Below, piece by piece: positions 16,988 to 20,000 of a stretch of 20,000 nt of DNA. This stretch comes from Thelocarpon superellum (taxonomy: Eukaryota). The notes beneath the pieces are model-generated. The model was not told the DNA's origin and searched no databases. It saw nothing but the letters and a program-made list of their open reading frames with translations. The position numbers and the translations under genes were made by a program. The stretch is taken from assembly GCA_026025795.1 (NCBI GenBank), contig JAPEUG010000041.1:49917-69916 (forward strand). The letters are read 5' to 3'. Within the stretch, counting starts at the first letter, position 1, and every line of letters begins with the position of its first letter.

Positions 16988-17848
16988 ATGATGGCCCGTC
17001 CGCGGCTGTCTCCACCAGCCATTCGATATGTCACTTCTGTCCTCCGTCCCTCGCGCGCTCCCGTTCGCCATCACACGACGTCTTCCGCCCCCCCCTCTTC
17101 CGCTGATCCCGCCGAGGTCTCCCACTTCAATGCCCTGGCCTCCACGTGGTGGGATGCTCATGGCTCCTCACGACTGCTCCATCTCATGAACCCCCTCCGC
17201 CACGACTTCATTACGAAATGCCTCACATCGGTCCCCTCAGGAGCACCGTCCGATGCACTGCGCTACCTTGATGTCGGATGTGGCGGCGGCATCTTCACCG
17301 AGAGCGCCGCCCGTCTGCCGCACACCGCAAGCGTGACAGGCATTGATCCCAGCGCCGACGTCCTCGCCGTCGCGCGCACCCACGCACGACGCGATCCATT
17401 TCTACAGGCGGATGGCCGCCTGACCTACTTGGAGAGGACGATCGAACAGCTCCCGAAGCCCTCAACACGGCAGGAACAATACGATGTCCTCACGCTCTTT
17501 GAAGTCATCGAGCACATCTCCGAGCCGGCGCCATTCCTCGAATCGTGTCTCCCCTTTGTCAGGCCCGGCGGGTGGATCGTCCTCAGCACGATCGCCCGTA
17601 CCTGGACGAGCTGGGTGACGACGAAGCTCGTGGCGGAAGACCTGGCGAGGATCGTCCCGCGCGGGACCCACGAGTGGACGAAATACATCAATGAAGATGA
17701 ATTGCGCACCTGGTTCGCGCGACAGGAGGGGTGGGGGGATGCTCGACGTATGGGGGTCGTCTATCTTCCTGGCTTGGGCTGGCGAGAGGTCGGCGGCAGC
17801 GAGAAATGGGGGAATTACTTCTTTGGCATACGGAGGGATCCCGCCTAG
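16988..17848 (+). CDS. COQ3: Ubiquinone biosynthesis O-methyltransferase (Coq3/UbiG), mitochondrial, 286 aa
   Basis: Arg/Ser-rich presequence, then EVSHFNALASTWWDAHGSSRLLHLMNPLRHDFI, SAM motif I YLDVGCGGGIF, LFEVIEH, GGWIVLSTIART and VPRGTHEWTKYINEDEL. Confidence 0.96.
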   Translation: MMARPRLSPPAIRYVTSVLRPSRAPVRHHTTSSAPPSSADPAEVSHFNALASTWWDAHGSSRLLHLMNPLRHDFITKCLTSVPSGAPSDALRYLDVGCGGGIFTESAARLPHTASVTGIDPSADVLAVARTHARRDPFLQADGRLTYLERTIEQLPKPSTRQEQYDVLTLFEVIEHISEPAPFLESCLPFVRPGGWIVLSTIARTWTSWVTTKLVAEDLARIVPRGTHEWTKYINEDELRTWFARQEGWGDARRMGVVYLPGLGWREVGGSEKWGNYFFGIRRDPA

Positions 17849-18170
17849 TCTCGGGAACATTGTGTAAGGAGCGACGATAAACCCTCGACCGAGTAGTGCT
17901 CAAAGGGAATGCTTGCCCATTGCTCGCAGGAGGGGAGAGAGCGCATAGGAGGAGGAAGATGGGATATCACATCAAGCTACGCAAGGCTGGGAGACGGTGT
18001 CATACTGTGACCGTTTGACTGATTCGGCCTTGAGACATGTCAGATTGCTTGACGGTCAAAGAATACCAGGCCTACCCTGAGGCGAGCGTACAACGGCTCA
18101 TGTCCACATTCGCTGCACAGATGTTGTGACAGATATCCTCCCAAAGGCAACGCAGTGAGGCATTTCCTCA

Positions 18171-19655
18171 TCAGAGACGGACCTGCAGGCGAAGCAGGCA
18201 ATTCCCAAGCCTCTCGCACCAGTCGGGAGGAAGAGGAGGAAGGTTTCCCAGGGCGGCATCGCATGCACGTAGAACACCGGTCACGGCGCCACCCACCACA
18301 CCGGAAGCGGACCCGATAGCGGAACCGATAGCCTGAGCGGCCATGGCCGTGAGCGGTGGGGGAGGTCCACTGTCAGCATTCATGACCATCATAAAGACCT
18401 CCTGTCCCGCCGCGTCAAGCACGTGTCCTACCAGCGCGGGAATCGGTGCATCTGATGCGACCGCACCTCGCTCGCGGCCGCCGCGCGCAATCGATCTTAC
18501 TGCCACATGGAGGGCATTGAGCACCTGCAACAAATGGTCGTCCGGAACGCGAAAGCGGTGTTGTCCAGTGAAGAGGTAGGCGAGGAGGTTCGCCTGCGTG
18601 GAAGTGACGTAGAAGGCAGATGACGCGCCCGGGTCGCTGGCAGCGAGGCTAATTTGATTTTGCGCTTGATGCAGCATCGTGCGGAAGGCATCGAAGGGGA
18701 TGAAGCCATGGATCTGCTTAATGACCAAGGTCCAGCCGATTGACGCGATGGAAAATACTTGCGCATTGGCTACAGAATGCCCAGTGGCTTGGAGTGTTCG
18801 GCCAGTCCCGGCGTCTGCACTGAAGTCGCCAGATGGGCAGGTCTCCGACGGAGACTGCGATGCTTGAGTGCCATCAGTATCCTGAGCGGACGGATACTCC
18901 TCTGTACGGAAGCGATGCATGAGGGCAACCAAGAACAGCTCTTCATGCTGCTCATTCAGGACGCTGCCGACAAAGGTGCAGTTGACCTGATCATTCATTC
19001 GCGTCACTCGTTCGAGGAAAGCGCGAGCCACGTTGGCGACATTATTCCACGTGACGTTGGTGCCGGAGCCAGTCACCTGCCCGTTGAGCACCAACGAGAG
19101 ATTGTTGCCATCCGCTCGAATGATACTCGACGAGTACGTCGGCGGTCCGGCCAGGGCATCCGTCAGGATTTGCTCAAGAGCGGCGCGCTGCTCGCTGGCG
19201 TTTACCGTGACACCACCCAGTGCGATGCCCTTGGTGGTAATGTATGTACCAGGCGTGAACTTCAGGGTCCGCTTCTCCTGCTCAAGCAGGAGACGGTGGG
19301 TGCTGGAATTGGTCACCGTGGATTCGGTTGAGGCCGGCGTGGTACCATTCCAGAACGCAACAGAGTCGGACAGCGGCACCGCCACAAAGCTGGTGTCTTC
19401 GTCGCCGTCGTCGCCCAGGTCGCCGTCTGTAGTCTGATTGGTCGTGGCCCCGGCATGGCCGCCAGAGCTGCTGCTATCGACGCTGATACCGGTTCGATTG
19501 TGAGTGCTGGTCGTACCTAGAGATTGGAAGTCGTCCCGACGCCATAGCCTGGACGGCAGTTCACGTTGATCCGGACCAATCGAGAGAGCATTGACCCAGG
19601 TATCGGAAAAGGTGTTGACCAGCAAGAAACAGAGAAAGACAGTGAGAGTGTACAT
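18171..19655 (-). CDS. Uncharacterised putative secreted glycoprotein (~494 aa from ATG 19655; 3' end uncertain)
   Basis: Long open frame. MYTLTVFLCFLLVNTFSDTWVNALS looks like a signal peptide. It is followed by an S/T/D-rich low-complexity region and many N-x-S/T sequons (NRT, NQT, NGT, NSS, NAS, NLS, NVT, NCT). No family recognised. A possible donor CAG|GTCCGT just before the stop could change the C-terminus. Confidence 0.7.
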   Translation of the reverse strand: MYTLTVFLCFLLVNTFSDTWVNALSIGPDQRELPSRLWRRDDFQSLGTTSTHNRTGISVDSSSSGGHAGATTNQTTDGDLGDDGDEDTSFVAVPLSDSVAFWNGTTPASTESTVTNSSTHRLLLEQEKRTLKFTPGTYITTKGIALGGVTVNASEQRAALEQILTDALAGPPTYSSSIIRADGNNLSLVLNGQVTGSGTNVTWNNVANVARAFLERVTRMNDQVNCTFVGSVLNEQHEELFLVALMHRFRTEEYPSAQDTDGTQASQSPSETCPSGDFSADAGTGRTLQATGHSVANAQVFSIASIGWTLVIKQIHGFIPFDAFRTMLHQAQNQISLAASDPGASSAFYVTSTQANLLAYLFTGQHRFRVPDDHLLQVLNALHVAVRSIARGGRERGAVASDAPIPALVGHVLDAAGQEVFMMVMNADSGPPPPLTAMAAQAIGSAIGSASGVVGGAVTGVLRACDAALGNLPPLPPDWCERLGNCLLRLQVRL

Positions 19656-20000
19656 CGTCGTAGCGTGAGAAAGGACCGCTGGCCGGGAGAAGATGGCGGT
19701 CGTGCAATAGAGAGCAGCTTGGAGCAGGCGGCCCCAACTGAAGAGGTAGCCTTGACTCAACGGGCGGTCCCAGGTCTAAGAGGCGTGGTACAGCGACCAA
19801 GAGTGGATCCTTACACGACAGCAGGAGAGCTTTATAAGGGCATGGCTCCCGCATCCTTCGATCCCACCAAGGACGCATAATGCCTCGTCCGGAAGTCGCC
19901 GAGCGATGTCTGCGCAATAGTTGACGCGTGTGAATCGCCGCGCGATTAGGCTGACGGAGAAAGTTCAGGGCTTTCAACAACGACTGGCTTAAGGTCAGAA

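Overview
GC-rich, gene-dense DNA from a filamentous ascomycete (Pezizomycotina-like: short GT-AG introns with CTRAY-type branch points). It carries nine protein-coding genes on strictly alternating strands, forming four head-to-head pairs plus one gene. The pairs are a partial LisH protein (SRP40/Nopp140-like) <-> SEC3, NDUFV1/nuo-51 <-> dynactin p27 (DCTN6), MLP1/TPR <-> TFA2, and RIB3 <-> COQ3. The last gene is an orphan secreted-type protein. No mobile element, CRISPR array or RNA gene was recognised. The most notable oddities are: (1) a SEC3 with intact introns and frame that stops right after its coiled-coil, with no room for the C-terminal half; (2) nested duplications carrying CACGTGAC boxes in the NDUFV1-DCTN6 promoter; (3) a PAM2-like motif in the Mlp1 tail; (4) a stop-free 51-nt intron hidden in the Mlp1 ORF; (5) an orphan secreted protein with dibasic sites and an apparent internal domain duplication. 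All gene calls come from manual translation and recalled motifs, not database searches.
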